64,000 nt of DNA, from positions 267,523 to 331,522 of the forward strand of contig CAJQIG010000004.1 of the NCBI GenBank assembly GCA_905478415.1, written 5' to 3'. Shown piece by piece: positions 10,143 to 21,347 of the stretch (positions are counted from its first letter, which is position 1; every line of letters begins with the position of its first letter). The notes under the pieces were generated by a model. That model saw only the letters and a program-made list of their open reading frames with translations, did no database searches and was not told where the DNA came from. The translations under genes were made by a program, and so were the position numbers. This DNA comes from an uncultured Patescibacteria group bacterium. GTDB lineage: Bacteria; Patescibacteriota; Microgenomatia; UBA1400; PJMF01.

Positions 10143-10343
10143 GACTTTTGTTCTCCTTCTTATACCAAAGAATCTTGATATAAGACATTTGAGCTCCCTC
10201 CCAAAAAAAACTTAATTATTTAAGGAACAAACAAGTGAGTATCCAGCTCATGATGATCTAGATACTAACTTAGTATGTGTTTCTATTTTACCACAAGCTT
10301 ATATAAATTTCTATAAACATATTGAGGAGGCATCTTTTTTCAG

Positions 10344-10373
10344 AAAAGCCCCCGAGCAGCGCTCGAGGGCTTT
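10344..10373 (-). terminator. Intrinsic terminator of dnaK
   Basis: aaaagcccccgagc-agc-gctcgagggcttt. Confidence 0.75.
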
Positions 10374-10398
10374 GAACCACTTACCTGAGAGGTTTTGA

Positions 10399-12345
10399 TT
10401 ACTCGTTTACGACTTCACCTTCTTCGGCGGTGCCTTTGGCACTGTCCCCGCCTTTTGTGTCGGCTTTATCATCGGAATCTGGAGCTGCACCAGCGCCAGC
10501 GGTACCTGCTTTAGCTGCTTCTTCCTGTTGAGCTTTTTGCATAACTTCACCAATTTTCTGAGCTGATTTGAAGGTAGCGTCGACTGCTTTGTCAATTTCT
10601 TCCTTGGTGACATCATCTTTTGCAGCTAACTCTTTTAGCTTGTTGACGTCTTCTTCGATACTTTTCTTGTCGGCTTCTTCAAGTTTATCGCCATACTCCT
10701 CGAGTTGTTTTTCGATTTCGAAAGCGACACTATTTGCATGATTTTTAGCTTCAATTGCTTCTTTTTTCTGCTTGTCTTCATCTGCATGCTTCTCAGCGTC
10801 GGCCTTCATCTTCTCGATTTCATCATCCGAAAGGTTCGTCGAGTTCTGAATAGTAATCTTCTGTTCTTTACCAGTTGATTTATCTTTGGCAGTTACATGT
10901 AAAATACCATTACTGTCGATATCAAAGGTTACCTCGACCTGAGGAACTCCGCGTCGTGCTGGAGGAATACCATCAAGAATAAATCGGCCCAGCGGCTTAT
11001 TGTCGGCTGCCATTTCGCGCTCACCTTGTAAAACGTTAATCTCGACTGAAGTCTGATTATCAGCAGCAGTTGAGAAGATCTGTGACTTACTGGTTGGTAC
11101 CGTAGTATTGCGTTCGATCAAGGCCGTGCGAATTCCGCCCAAAGTTTCGAGACCAAGTGTTAATGGAGTCACATCCAAAAGCACCACATCAGTCACATCT
11201 CCGCCAATGACACCAGCCTGGATTGCAGCACCAATGGCCACAACTTCGTCTGGATTCACCCCCTTGTGAGGAGCTTTTCCGAAGAATTTTTCAACTTCTT
11301 TTTGGATCTTTGGCATTCGAGTCATACCACCGACTAAGACAACGTCGTTGATGTCACTAGCCTTGAGACCTGCATCTTTCAGCGCTTTTTTAACTGGCTC
11401 AAATGATTTTTTAATTAAGTCATCGACTAATTCTTCCATTTTTGCTCGAGTGAGCGTCAATGTTAAGTGGAGAGGCTGGCCATCATCACCTTGGGTAATA
11501 AATGGTTGATTAATTTCGGTTGAACTTGCACTTGAAAGTTCAATTTTTGCCTTCTCAGCCGCATCTTTTACACGCTGCAGAGCTTGAGGATCTTTCGATA
11601 AATCTTTGCCTTGATCTTTTTTAAACTCAGCAATGATCCATTCAATAATTTTGCTATCGAAATCATCACCTCCAAGGAAAGTATCACCATTGGTCGATTT
11701 CACTTCGAACACGCCATCACCAATATCAAGAATTGAGATATCGAAGGTTCCGCCACCAAGGTCGTAGACGGCAATAACTTCGTTACCTTTACGTTCTAAA
11801 CCATAGGCTAGTGCAGCTGCAGTTGGTTCGTTAACAATGCGTTCGACTGTAAGTCCAGCAATTTCACCAGCCTGTTTGGTGGCTTGACGTTGTGCATCAT
11901 TAAAGTAAGCAGGAACCGTGATAACTGCTCGGGTTACTTTTGAACCTAAGTAGCTTTCGGCATCTGCCTTAGCTTTTGATAAAATCTTGGCTGAAATTTC
12001 TTGTGGGGTGAACTCTTTCTTGTCAATCTTAACCACTGCCATACCATCTTTACCTTCGGCAACCTGGTAGGAAACGTGTTTAACCGCTTCAGTCACTGCT
12101 TTGTCTTTGAGTTTTCCACCCATAAAACGCTTAACTGAGTTAACTGTTTTACCAGGGTTTAAAACCATTTGACGTTTGGCGACATCACCAACAGAAACAT
12201 CATCTCCCTTAAATGAAACAATTGAAGGGAACGTGTTTCGACCTTCTGCAGTAGGAATAATCTTGGCTGTTCCACCTTCCATCACAGCAATAGCTGAGTT
12301 GGTGGTTCCAAGGTCAATTCCAATAATCTTTCCAGTATCTGACAT
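10399..12345 (-). CDS. dnaK: Chaperone DnaK (Hsp70)
   Basis: [25 protein letters not shown] motifs. Confidence 0.99.
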   Translation of the reverse strand: MSDTGKIIGIDLGTTNSAIAVMEGGTAKIIPTAEGRNTFPSIVSFKGDDVSVGDVAKRQMVLNPGKTVNSVKRFMGGKLKDKAVTEAVKHVSYQVAEGKDGMAVVKIDKKEFTPQEISAKILSKAKADAESYLGSKVTRAVITVPAYFNDAQRQATKQAGEIAGLTVERIVNEPTAAALAYGLERKGNEVIAVYDLGGGTFDISILDIGDGVFEVKSTNGDTFLGGDDFDSKIIEWIIAEFKKDQGKDLSKDPQALQRVKDAAEKAKIELSSASSTEINQPFITQGDDGQPLHLTLTLTRAKMEELVDDLIKKSFEPVKKALKDAGLKASDINDVVLVGGMTRMPKIQKEVEKFFGKAPHKGVNPDEVVAIGAAIQAGVIGGDVTDVVLLDVTPLTLGLETLGGIRTALIERNTTVPTSKSQIFSTAADNQTSVEINVLQGEREMAADNKPLGRFILDGIPPARRGVPQVEVTFDIDSNGILHVTAKDKSTGKEQKITIQNSTNLSDDEIEKMKADAEKHADEDKQKKEAIEAKNHANSVAFEIEKQLEEYGDKLEEADKKSIEEDVNKLKELAAKDDVTKEEIDKAVDATFKSAQKIGEVMQKAQQEEAAKAGTAGAGAAPDSDDKADTKGGDSAKGTAEEGEVVNE

Positions 12346-12437
12346 ATATACTCCTTTTTATTTTTTCTAAAACTTTATACTAATTTTTTGTGTTTCCTCA
12401 AGTAATTGAGGTCATTTATATATGATTACTGCCCATT

Positions 12438-12487
12438 TTAGCAAACGATCACTCCGACTGCAAGCAGTAAAATGATGAGACTGCTAA
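12438..12487. promoter_or_regulatory. Two overlapping CIRCE-like sites upstream of dnaK
   Basis: ttagcaaac-N9-gactgcaag (12438-12464) and caagcagta-N9-gactgctaa (12461-12487). Confidence 0.65.
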
Positions 12488-12497
12488 TTTACGCAGA

Positions 12498-12959
12498 TTA
12501 GTCAAGAATGACTTTGGCAAATTGAATAACTTCTCCATGCAATCGGTACCCTGGTGACACAATTTTGGTTACTTTTTTGCCTTTTTCAGTAATTTCGACC
12601 ACTTCCATAACTTCGGCATCAAATGCTTTACCCAAGCACTCAATCTCCGCAAGCCCATGCATGTTGAGGGTTTGCCACAACTGAGTTAGTACCATATTTA
12701 AGCCAGGGTCATTGAGCTGACCTGCCGCCAACGAAAGATGGTTGAGCGGTTGAATGAGGTCAACCACAAAATCCTTTGTCGCTAGTTTAGCTTTACGAAC
12801 TGCATCTTGTTGCGTTCGACGGACTAAGTTTTGATAATCTGCCAAAGCACGCTGATACTTCCGTTCGGTTTCTTCGAGCTGTGCTTGTAACTGCGTTACT
12901 TCGTCCACAACTGTATCTTCTATAATTTCTGGTATTTCGTCTTGAATGTTTTTTTTCAT
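12498..12959 (-). CDS. grpE: Nucleotide exchange factor GrpE
   Basis: RALADYQNLVRR, FDAEVMEVV, GYRLHGEVIQFAKV; lies between hrcA and dnaK. Confidence 0.95.
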   Translation of the reverse strand: MKKNIQDEIPEIIEDTVVDEVTQLQAQLEETERKYQRALADYQNLVRRTQQDAVRKAKLATKDFVVDLIQPLNHLSLAAGQLNDPGLNMVLTQLWQTLNMHGLAEIECLGKAFDAEVMEVVEITEKGKKVTKIVSPGYRLHGEVIQFAKVILD

Positions 12960-13010
12960 ACAACTACCACTCTACTTACTATTTATACTGAACCCTTATT
13001 TTGCAACTAT

Positions 13011-13733
13011 TTATTCAACAATTTCTCTAATCAACCCACGAAGGTACTTCATAATAGGAATCACGTACGGATAGTCAAAACGACTTGATCCAAGCACTCC
13101 AACTCTGACTGGACGATCATTAATCTTAAATGACATGTGAATCATACCAATGGGATCAAGATGTCTATTTCCCATTTCTGGACCATAAATAACATGTACT
13201 AAGTTCTCGCTCGTGCCTGAGTTAAAAATTTCGTCAAGAAGTTTGATCTCTTCCGAAAGCTGCAACACATTTCGCATCACCGTGATATCAAAAAACTCTG
13301 GCATTTGGAGCAAGTTTGCAGCACCAGCATGAAAAATTCGCTCCTCATCGAGTACAGTCACACACAGCGCCTTGGCTTTATCGGCTAAAACTCTGGTCAT
13401 TTGATACAAGAGCTCATCAGTTTCGTTGCGACTATTCCAAATCTTTTCTTTGGCAGAAACCTCATCTGCAACAGATAGTTCGCGCTCCTTCATCAATTCA
13501 TTTACGAACAGTTTCATGGCCAATGGAGTCGGTAATCGACCCGCACTACTGTGACTTTTCTTGAGGTAGCCTTGTTTTTCGAGGTACACCATTTCGTTGC
13601 GAATGGTGGCAGGAGAAACGCCAATTGAGTACTTTTTATCAATCGTCTCAGAACCAACAGGCTCGGCGGTATTGATAAATTCTTCTATAACTGCTCGTAG
13701 AATCTGAATTTGGCGTGCAGTAAGATCAATCAT
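13011..13733 (-). CDS. hrcA: Heat-inducible repressor HrcA (short form)
   Basis: EPVGS, VSPATIRNEM, HSSAGRLPT motifs; only 240 aa. Confidence 0.93.
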   Translation of the reverse strand: MIDLTARQIQILRAVIEEFINTAEPVGSETIDKKYSIGVSPATIRNEMVYLEKQGYLKKSHSSAGRLPTPLAMKLFVNELMKERELSVADEVSAKEKIWNSRNETDELLYQMTRVLADKAKALCVTVLDEERIFHAGAANLLQMPEFFDITVMRNVLQLSEEIKLLDEIFNSGTSENLVHVIYGPEMGNRHLDPIGMIHMSFKINDRPVRVGVLGSSRFDYPYVIPIMKYLRGLIREIVE

Positions 13734-13800
13734 AGTCTCCTTAACTACTAGTCTGAATTTGAGTCATATTCTGTATAGTAAGCACAAAAAATAACTCTTA

Positions 13801-13835
13801 TTAGCAATAATAGTGGTAGATTGCTAAAAAGTCAA
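13801..13835 (-). promoter_or_regulatory. hrcA promoter overlapped by a CIRCE-like operator
   Basis: ttagcaata-N9-gattgctaa (13801-13827); on the minus strand TTGACT-17 nt-TATTAT. Confidence 0.85.
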
Positions 13836-13851
13836 GCAAATGGTGGAAAAA

Positions 13852-14781
13852 TTAGACCTTCTCAACAACCGGATCTTCTTTTGAAGCAGCTTGTGTTACT
13901 TCACCTACATCAGTGATAACAGGGCTACTATCTGGAGCTTCCGGCACATCTGCTTCCGCCTTTTCAGGGGCGAGATCTGGCTTCGCTTCTTCCTCTGCAG
14001 TTGTCCCATCAACTCGTATGCGTGTGAGGTCAATTGAGAGCAACCGACTCAAATTTTTCTGTATTTCATGCATTTCATCGAGAAGCGTTCCTCCGCCACT
14101 AAGCTTCTCCGTAATAGCGAGATTCGATGTCTCCTTGTTCACTGAAAGATAGAGAGAATTATTGAGGGTTCCGAGAAGTTCGTCGGTAATAACCGCAGAG
14201 TGATCATTTCGAAAGTGCTTCATGACGTCATCGCTGTTCTTAGTGAGCGCTTCCCATTGCGGTGTGAGTTGTTGCAACGATTGCAGCTTTTCGATTGCTG
14301 CAGTCGGAGCCGGATTACCACTGGTAGCTTCGCCTACTTGTTCTTTCACTTCACGGACCAAGGAAACAATTTTTTTAGGCAACTCATTCTTTACAAGAGC
14401 CGTTACACTGTACAGTAACTCGGTAACCAACCGAGCTCTATCTTCCTGAAGCTTGGCTTCTTCTTGTTCGCTTTCATCTAAGCCAGTGGCATTTAACTTG
14501 TCAGTGACTTCTTCAATCCCTCTACGGAGACCTCTCACACTTGTTGACCTGTTCGGCAAAGTAAAAGCGTCAATTTCTGATTCTGTAACTAAACCTTTGC
14601 CTGTAGCTAACAGTAACATTTTATTAACTAGTTCAACATTTGCTGAAACACGCTCCTGATTCCTTGCTTCTACTTCTTGGGTACTGGGAGGTCGCTCTGG
14701 GGCTTTTTCTCCAACATCTAGATGTCCATTTTCTTGTTCCTCGGTGGACTGAGCTAACTGAGAAGTAAGTGGTTGCATCAT
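13852..14781 (-). CDS. Hypothetical acidic helical protein
   Basis: 309 aa ORF, no recognised motif. Confidence 0.65.
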   Translation of the reverse strand: MMQPLTSQLAQSTEEQENGHLDVGEKAPERPPSTQEVEARNQERVSANVELVNKMLLLATGKGLVTESEIDAFTLPNRSTSVRGLRRGIEEVTDKLNATGLDESEQEEAKLQEDRARLVTELLYSVTALVKNELPKKIVSLVREVKEQVGEATSGNPAPTAAIEKLQSLQQLTPQWEALTKNSDDVMKHFRNDHSAVITDELLGTLNNSLYLSVNKETSNLAITEKLSGGGTLLDEMHEIQKNLSRLLSIDLTRIRVDGTTAEEEAKPDLAPEKAEADVPEAPDSSPVITDVGEVTQAASKEDPVVEKV

Positions 14782-14913
14782 ATTGAACTTTCTTGCGCAG
14801 CTATTTTTAAAGTAGCTACGGAATATCTTTTTCTCATATAATAAGAATATCTCTTAGCTTATTTGTACCTAAAAAAGTGTTACACTTATAGTATCGAAAC
14901 AGGATATCTGCCT

Positions 14914-16329
14914 ATGAAAGTCACAAAATACCGCCAAAAAAAACGCCTCAAATTAATTGTGCAAGGCTCTGTAGTCTTGGGAATGCTGATTATCGCCATT
15001 GTTGGCGCCTTCCAAGTGCAAGTTGTTCGCGAATTCTTCTCGAGAGCATCTGGAGAACCTGCCAACATCAAAGTCAATGCTACTAAAGTAGTCGGCGTCA
15101 TGCCCCGCCCATGGAGAAACCTTGCCCAAGGTGGTGAAGATCATGCGTGGCGCATCCAACCAATTTCCAACCAAGTTAAAGCACTCAACCCAACTTATAT
15201 CCGCATGGACCATATCTATGATTTCTATGACATTGTCGGAGGCAGTCCTGGCAACTTAACATTTGATTTTTCTAAATTTGACGCCTTGCTCGACGACATT
15301 GCTGCTGTTGGCGCTACTCCTTATATTGCCCTTTCGTACATGCCACCAGCTATATCGAGCGGAGATATCGTTGCTACCCCACAGAACTATGCGGACTGGG
15401 AACTGGTAACACAACGAACCATTGAACACGTCAGTGGCACACGCAAAACTCCGAACGTCTACTATGAAGTCTGGAACGAACCTGATTTATTTGGAGGTTG
15501 GAAATACTATGGAAATAAAAACTACATGACCTTGTACAACGCGTCTGCTCGCGGCGCCGCACGCGCCCGTGGGGTTCAACCGTTCAAGCTGGGCGGCGCC
15601 GCCACCACCGCCCTCTACAAAAATTGGTTTGATGCTATGGCAAAAAATGCAGTTACTAACAATGTCCGCTTTGACTTTTTCTCATGGCACCGCTACAACC
15701 ACGACATCGACCAATACCGAGATGATATGACCCAGGTTAGAACTTGGCTTCAAAACTACCCAACACTCGAACCTTTCCTCGAACTCCATATCACCGAATG
15801 GGGCCACGACAGCGAAAATCACGCTGGCTATGACGGCAACTACGGAGCAGCCCATACAGCCGCTGGCTCTATTGAAATGGTGGGCATTGTCGAAAAAGCC
15901 TTTGTCTTCGAAATCCAAGATGGTAAAGACCCCGCTGGACAACGAAATTGGGGCCGATGGGGACTCCTCACTCACAATGACTTTGGAGGCACGCCAAAAC
16001 CAAGATATAACGCCCTCAAACTTCTCGATAAAGTTGGCACCCAACGACTGCAACTCCTTGGAAAAGGCAGTTGGGTGAAAGCTCTGGCCTCTAAAGATCA
16101 AAATGGCACCGTCAAAATTGTGATGGCTAACTTTGATATCTATGGCAAACACAGCGAAACAGTACCCGTCACCATTACTAACCTGCCTTCTGGTAGCTAC
16201 ACCGTCACAAAAGAGTTCCATAACGGACAAGTCCAATCAAATGCAGCTAGTGTCAGTGATGGCACGCTTGCAACTGATATTTACATGGCTCCAAATACGG
16301 TGGTGTTGGTAACGATTACTAAAAAATAA
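14914..16329 (+). CDS. Membrane-anchored glycoside hydrolase, GH39-like (clan GH-A)
   Basis: N-terminal TM, YEVWNEPD acid/base motif, SWHRY, ITEWG nucleophile; start refined to ATG 14914. Confidence 0.85.
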   Translation: MKVTKYRQKKRLKLIVQGSVVLGMLIIAIVGAFQVQVVREFFSRASGEPANIKVNATKVVGVMPRPWRNLAQGGEDHAWRIQPISNQVKALNPTYIRMDHIYDFYDIVGGSPGNLTFDFSKFDALLDDIAAVGATPYIALSYMPPAISSGDIVATPQNYADWELVTQRTIEHVSGTRKTPNVYYEVWNEPDLFGGWKYYGNKNYMTLYNASARGAARARGVQPFKLGGAATTALYKNWFDAMAKNAVTNNVRFDFFSWHRYNHDIDQYRDDMTQVRTWLQNYPTLEPFLELHITEWGHDSENHAGYDGNYGAAHTAAGSIEMVGIVEKAFVFEIQDGKDPAGQRNWGRWGLLTHNDFGGTPKPRYNALKLLDKVGTQRLQLLGKGSWVKALASKDQNGTVKIVMANFDIYGKHSETVPVTITNLPSGSYTVTKEFHNGQVQSNAASVSDGTLATDIYMAPNTVVLVTITKK

Positions 16330-16452
16330 TACTCAAAAAAACATGAGTACTTTCCTTGCAAATAGTAGACCTATAAGATATAATAGTATCGTTCTTTAAC
16401 GACGGTATCTTTTTTATAATTTTATAATCACCTATGTATCACGGAGAAAAAA

Positions 16453-16758
16453 ATGGCTAAGACCAGATTAAGAGTTCCCTCATCAGTATTCATTAAATGG
16501 CATGATGAACAGAATAGACTTGAACCAGTTTTTGTTATTGAATCTGAACATGCAGTGCCATTTAAACAGGTACTTGATATGTTCATATCCCCTGGTAGTA
16601 CTGCTTGCAACGTTGAATTACCCCTGCAGCCATACATCAAAACCAGCATTGGTGGCCTAAGCTATGGTGGGTACTTCTACTACTTCTACATCTCTGTTTT
16701 AAAAATAACAGAGTTTGAAATAGAGTACCAGGTAAGTGGAGAAATGATTAAGCAGTAA
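16453..16758 (+). CDS. Small hypothetical protein
   Basis: 101 aa with a GGAG SD, its own upstream TATAAT and a downstream terminator. Confidence 0.6.
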   Translation: MAKTRLRVPSSVFIKWHDEQNRLEPVFVIESEHAVPFKQVLDMFISPGSTACNVELPLQPYIKTSIGGLSYGGYFYYFYISVLKITEFEIEYQVSGEMIKQ

Positions 16759-16782
16759 AAACATCGTTAGAAAATAGAACAT

Positions 16783-16810
16783 GCCCCAGGTTTATACCTG
16801 GGGTTTTTTT
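16783..16810 (+). terminator. Intrinsic terminator
   Basis: gccccaggt-ttat-acctggggt followed by a T-run. Confidence 0.75.
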
Positions 16811-16812
16811 GA

Positions 16813-17961
16813 TCAGTCCTCTTTGGAAATAAGTGTCTTTACTAATGAAGCCACTTCTCTCTGGAATCTTTTCTTCTTAAAGGAAGTTGCATACTTATAC
16901 ATCTCCGCTGCTGAGAATTTTTTTATATTTTTCTCAAATGCAATAATTTCAGCACTCAAACTCTCAACCGTCAACTCATCAAAAAACTCACCCGTTTTGC
17001 CTTCCAGCACCGTCTCTTTCGGCCCACCAGAGCGATGTGCAATGACTGGGACTCCATGCCCCATGGCCTCGATTGGCACAATACCAAAGTCTTCATCTTC
17101 AGCTGGAAAAAGAAGCGCTTTTGCGTCTGCATACACTTGGTGCAGTACTTCGTCACTTACTGCCCCTAAAAATTCGACTGTCTCTCCTGCTAGGGTTTGT
17201 AAATATTCTAAACCCTTACCTGTTCCTACAACTTTCAGTGGCACACCAAGTTTTGTACATGCCTCTATTGCTAAGTCTACATGTTTACTTGCCGCCAGCC
17301 GGCCCACATAGAGATAATACCTACCTTTATTTTTTTGAAGCGCTTGCAACTCAGCTGCACTCATTTGAGCCACATCAACTGGAGGAAAAATCACGGTCGA
17401 ATCTTGTCGATAAAACTTGGCAATCCGACGCTGTGTTTCAACGCTATTAGCTACAAAATGAATGTTTTTTTGAGCAATGTTGTAATCAACGACACGTAAA
17501 AAATGATTCATCAAAGTTCCCACAAATCGAGTAATTGGATTGCGCTTCCAGTCACTCATGGTTGTGTACCCATACAGTGACCGAGCTGGCGTGTGACAAT
17601 AACAAATATGGACAGCCTTCTTCAAGCCATGTTCGGTTGTCACCGCTTTAGCAAAGTAAGCATTTGAAGAAGAAATGACTACATCATATTCAGAGAGATC
17701 TAAATCAGTAAAAGCCTTGGGTGCAAAAATTCGATAGGGAGAAAATAATTTCTTGTAAAAAGGAAGTTTGGTAATCCAGGTTTCCCGAATATCCCACCCC
17801 TCAAACTTGGCAGCGTGCATGCCGAGTGTATCAGGATCAAAAAAAGCAGTGTACACTGGCGCATTGGGGTAGAGTCCGTGCAGCGCTTCGACCACTCGTT
17901 CCGCCCCACCATACTCACGTAGATAATCATGAACGAGGGCAACTTTCAATTTCTGTTTCAT
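16813..17961 (-). CDS. GT4 family glycosyltransferase
   Basis: HDYL..GGAERV N-terminus, YVGRL, EDFGIVPIEAM motif; start refined to 17961. Confidence 0.92.
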   Translation of the reverse strand: MKQKLKVALVHDYLREYGGAERVVEALHGLYPNAPVYTAFFDPDTLGMHAAKFEGWDIRETWITKLPFYKKLFSPYRIFAPKAFTDLDLSEYDVVISSSNAYFAKAVTTEHGLKKAVHICYCHTPARSLYGYTTMSDWKRNPITRFVGTLMNHFLRVVDYNIAQKNIHFVANSVETQRRIAKFYRQDSTVIFPPVDVAQMSAAELQALQKNKGRYYLYVGRLAASKHVDLAIEACTKLGVPLKVVGTGKGLEYLQTLAGETVEFLGAVSDEVLHQVYADAKALLFPAEDEDFGIVPIEAMGHGVPVIAHRSGGPKETVLEGKTGEFFDELTVESLSAEIIAFEKNIKKFSAAEMYKYATSFKKKRFQREVASLVKTLISKED

Positions 17962-17962
17962 A

Positions 17963-18955
17963 TTAAAAAAGTGCTTCCTGCACCGATTCTTCAAAGGTAT
18001 CTTGTGGCAGTAGTCTCACTAATGAAGAAAATTCGAGAGAATCAAACAAATCAATCACGACCTGCTTATCATAGTCTTTGACCGTACATTTCTCTAAATT
18101 AAAATCTATGGGCACGTCTACATCAATTCGAGCCAAGTCTTGGCTCATAAAAGCCATCTTTTTGTCGACAACTAACTTTTTTAAAGTCGCCCCTTTTAAA
18201 AGATCATGGGCTTCGCCCGATTCAGCCACTCGATCAACAGCCTCGTACAGTGCTTCTAATGTCCCAAACTCCGAAAGTAACTTTCGAGCCGTGACTTTTC
18301 CAACTCCCTTTACACCAGGGATATTGTCTGAGGCATCACCCATCAGCGCCTTTAAATCGATAACGCCATGCGGGGTCACTCCCATTTTTTTGATAACTTC
18401 TGTCTCAAAATACTCAGTATCTCTCGACCATTTATTTCCAGGAATCCAGACTGAAAGATCTTCGGTCACCAGCTGCAGTAAATCTTTATCACCAGAAACC
18501 ACCGTTGTCAGCACAGAGTCTGAGTGCCCATCTGGCAACTGCATAATTTTGGCAATCGAGCCAATCAAATCATCAGCTTCGATACCTTCCTGCACAAAGG
18601 TGGGAATATTCAGTGCCGTCACGACTTCTTTAATAATTTCGACTTGAGGTTTGAGGTCATCCGGCATTTCTGGACGGTGGGCTTTGTAATCTTCGTACTT
18701 CTCGGCACGCTTGGTTTTACCTTTGTGGTCAAAGGTGACGGCAATGTATTCAGGTTCAAAATCACGAATAACAGTCAGTAAAATGCGAGAGAAACCGTAG
18801 ACTGCGTTAACTTTCACTCCGGCTGGTGAGGTTAGCTCTGGGAAAGCGTGGTAGGCTCGATACATCAGGGCATGACCATCAAAAATGATGAATCGATCTC
18901 GAGCTTCAAACTGTTCTTCACTGGCTCTTGAACTAAAACGCTTTGTATCTACCAT
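17963..18955 (-). CDS. Stand-alone 5'-3' exonuclease (PolA N-terminal/FEN-like)
   Basis: DGHALMYRAYHA, EADDLIGS, SGDKDLLQL, GDASDNIPGVKGVG; no polymerase domain. Confidence 0.92.
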   Translation of the reverse strand: MVDTKRFSSRASEEQFEARDRFIIFDGHALMYRAYHAFPELTSPAGVKVNAVYGFSRILLTVIRDFEPEYIAVTFDHKGKTKRAEKYEDYKAHRPEMPDDLKPQVEIIKEVVTALNIPTFVQEGIEADDLIGSIAKIMQLPDGHSDSVLTTVVSGDKDLLQLVTEDLSVWIPGNKWSRDTEYFETEVIKKMGVTPHGVIDLKALMGDASDNIPGVKGVGKVTARKLLSEFGTLEALYEAVDRVAESGEAHDLLKGATLKKLVVDKKMAFMSQDLARIDVDVPIDFNLEKCTVKDYDKQVVIDLFDSLEFSSLVRLLPQDTFEESVQEALF

Positions 18956-18974
18956 GCTTCCAGTCTAGCAGAAA

Positions 18975-20897
18975 TTACTTGGTTTTTTTATTGACGGTCT
19001 TCTTATCTGCAACTGCAGCATGCTTAAGGTGTGGAGTAAACTCAAACTTGGCTTTCTTCATCCCCATGAGGTGAGTGAACTCTTCGGCATCAATTGACTC
19101 AATCTCAACCAGCTTAGCTGAAACTCCCTCAAGTTGTTTGCGATATTCCTTCAGAATTTCGAGAGCTCTCTTGTATCCAGCCTCAATAAAAACACGCGTC
19201 TCATCATCAACTTTTTCTTGCAGTGAGGCAGAAATTCTACTCGGTTCTCCCCAAGCTCGACCATAATCTTGGTTATCGTACATAGGCGTAAAGTTCATCG
19301 GACCCAGTGGGCTCATGCCGTACTCAGTCACCATAGCTTTGGCAATTTGAGTAGCTCGTTCAATATCGCTGCTCGCACCAGCAGTCAGCTCATTAAAAAT
19401 AAGTTCTTCGGCAGCTCGACCTCCCATAAGGACAGCAATGCGATCAATCAACTCTGATTTAGTTGTCTGCAGCTTATCTTTTTCTGGAGGAGTTAAAGTA
19501 AATCCTAACGCACGTCCGCGAGAAACAATCGAAATTCTGTGCACAGGATCAGCATGTGGCGAAACATGAGCCACCAAAGCATGCCCCGCTTCGTGGTACG
19601 CCGTCATTTCACGCTCATGAAGATCTTGTAGACGCTTCTTACTTGGACCCAACTTAACCTTGAGCGAAGCTTCTTCGATATCTTCCATCTCAACTTCGGT
19701 TCTACTCTCACGTGCCACTGAAATTGCAGCTTCATTGAGCATATTTTCCAGATCTGCTCCAGAAAAACCAACGGTTTGACGAGCAACTTTCTCCCAATCG
19801 AAATTCTTGGCGAATGGCTTACCCTTAGCATGGATACTTAAGATATAGGTACGTTCACCTAAATCTGGTAAGCGAACTAGCACGCGTCGATCAAATCTAC
19901 CTGGTCGAACCAGAGCTGGATCAAGCATATCTCCACGGTTTGTAGCAGCAATCACAATAACTTTATCATTCTTGGTAAATCCATCCATCTCGACTAAAAT
20001 TTGGTTAAGGGTTTGTTCTCTTTCATCATGGCCGCCCATGTTTCCTTGACCCCTCATTCGACCAATTGCGTCGATTTCATCAATAAAAATGATTGCTGGA
20101 GCCATCTTTTTTGCGGTTGTAAATAAGTCTCTTGCTCGCGAAGCACCAACTCCAACCAGCATTTCCATAAACTCACTTCCTGCAATCGAAAGGAACTGGA
20201 CATTGGCCTCACCTGCGACAGCTCGAGCTAACAGCGTCTTACCTGTTCCAGCTGGACCGACAAGTAGTACACCTTTTGGAGTTCTGGCGCCAACTTTTTC
20301 ATACTTCTTTGGATTCTTCAAGAAATCAACAACTTCTTCGAGTTCTGCTTTGGCTTCGTCCATACCACCAACATCGCTAAACTTGGTATTTTGCTTGCCT
20401 TTAACAAAGAGCTTGGCCTTACTTTTACCAATTCCCATGATGCCATCAGAGCCACCCTTCATTTGTTTAAACAAAAAGAAAAAGAGTACCACCATTAAGA
20501 TAATAGGCAAGATACTCACCACCAGTTCCCAGAAAATAGCTGAGAACGAAAGATCTTCAATCTGCAGCTCGGTTGCATTTAAATCAATGTCTGCGGTTCT
20601 CAGAACCTCAACAATACCTTGGCCAGCTTCCTTACGACTTTCTTTTTTACTACCATCTTGGTAATACAAAACCAGCTCTTCACCTCGAACCTCAACTTTT
20701 TGAACTTGGTTTTCTCTAACATCTGCTACAAATTGGCTTAAAGCTACTTTTTCAACTTTTCCACCATTTATAATGCTTAAGACATACGGAAGAAATAGTA
20801 CCCCAATTAAAATAAAAAGAAGCCCCTTACTAAAAAGGTCTTTTAGATTAAATTTCATCTCAATTTTTTTTGTTTTTTGTTTTTTTGCACTTGGCAT
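18975..20897 (-). CDS. ftsH: ATP-dependent zinc metalloprotease FtsH
   Basis: Two TM helices, Walker [17 protein letters not shown] zinc motif. Confidence 0.98.
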   Translation of the reverse strand: MPSAKKQKTKKIEMKFNLKDLFSKGLLFILIGVLFLPYVLSIINGGKVEKVALSQFVADVRENQVQKVEVRGEELVLYYQDGSKKESRKEAGQGIVEVLRTADIDLNATELQIEDLSFSAIFWELVVSILPIILMVVLFFFLFKQMKGGSDGIMGIGKSKAKLFVKGKQNTKFSDVGGMDEAKAELEEVVDFLKNPKKYEKVGARTPKGVLLVGPAGTGKTLLARAVAGEANVQFLSIAGSEFMEMLVGVGASRARDLFTTAKKMAPAIIFIDEIDAIGRMRGQGNMGGHDEREQTLNQILVEMDGFTKNDKVIVIAATNRGDMLDPALVRPGRFDRRVLVRLPDLGERTYILSIHAKGKPFAKNFDWEKVARQTVGFSGADLENMLNEAAISVARESRTEVEMEDIEEASLKVKLGPSKKRLQDLHEREMTAYHEAGHALVAHVSPHADPVHRISIVSRGRALGFTLTPPEKDKLQTTKSELIDRIAVLMGGRAAEELIFNELTAGASSDIERATQIAKAMVTEYGMSPLGPMNFTPMYDNQDYGRAWGEPSRISASLQEKVDDETRVFIEAGYKRALEILKEYRKQLEGVSAKLVEIESIDAEEFTHLMGMKKAKFEFTPHLKHAAVADKKTVNKKTK

Positions 20898-20976
20898 ACT
20901 CTAACCCCTAATCCTTTCATAGAACTGACAGTCATCCCTTTCGGAATCACTCAGCCTTCTAAAGTCACATCGAATT

Positions 20977-21333
20977 CTAACGAACAACTGCCCCAGGAGC
21001 AACCGGCTTTTCTGGTGACAGTAACGCAGCATTTTCTCCAGCTGCCAATAACATACCTTGGCTCACAACCCCACGAAGTTTGCGAGGCTCTAAGTTGGCC
21101 AGGTAGGTCACTGTTTTACCCACTAATTCTTCTGGATCATACCAGGCTTTAATGCCCGCCGCCACTGTTCTTTCTCCCAGCTCACCCACATCAAGGGTAA
21201 TCTTGAGCAGTTTATCTGCGCCTTCGATTGGCTCAACTGCTACAATTTTGGCTGCACGAATATCTAGCTTCATAAACTCATCGTACGAAATGCTTGTTTT
21301 TTCGTCTGGTGTTTGTGCTTCTTCATCTGACAT
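20977..21333 (-). CDS. tRNA-binding OB-fold protein (Trbp111/CsaA/MetRS C-terminal-like)
   Basis: FMKLDIR...ADKLL...NLEPRKLRGVVSQGMLLA. Confidence 0.9.
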   Translation of the reverse strand: MSDEEAQTPDEKTSISYDEFMKLDIRAAKIVAVEPIEGADKLLKITLDVGELGERTVAAGIKAWYDPEELVGKTVTYLANLEPRKLRGVVSQGMLLAAGENAALLSPEKPVAPGAVVR

Positions 21334-21347
21334 ACGTGTGTTCCTTT

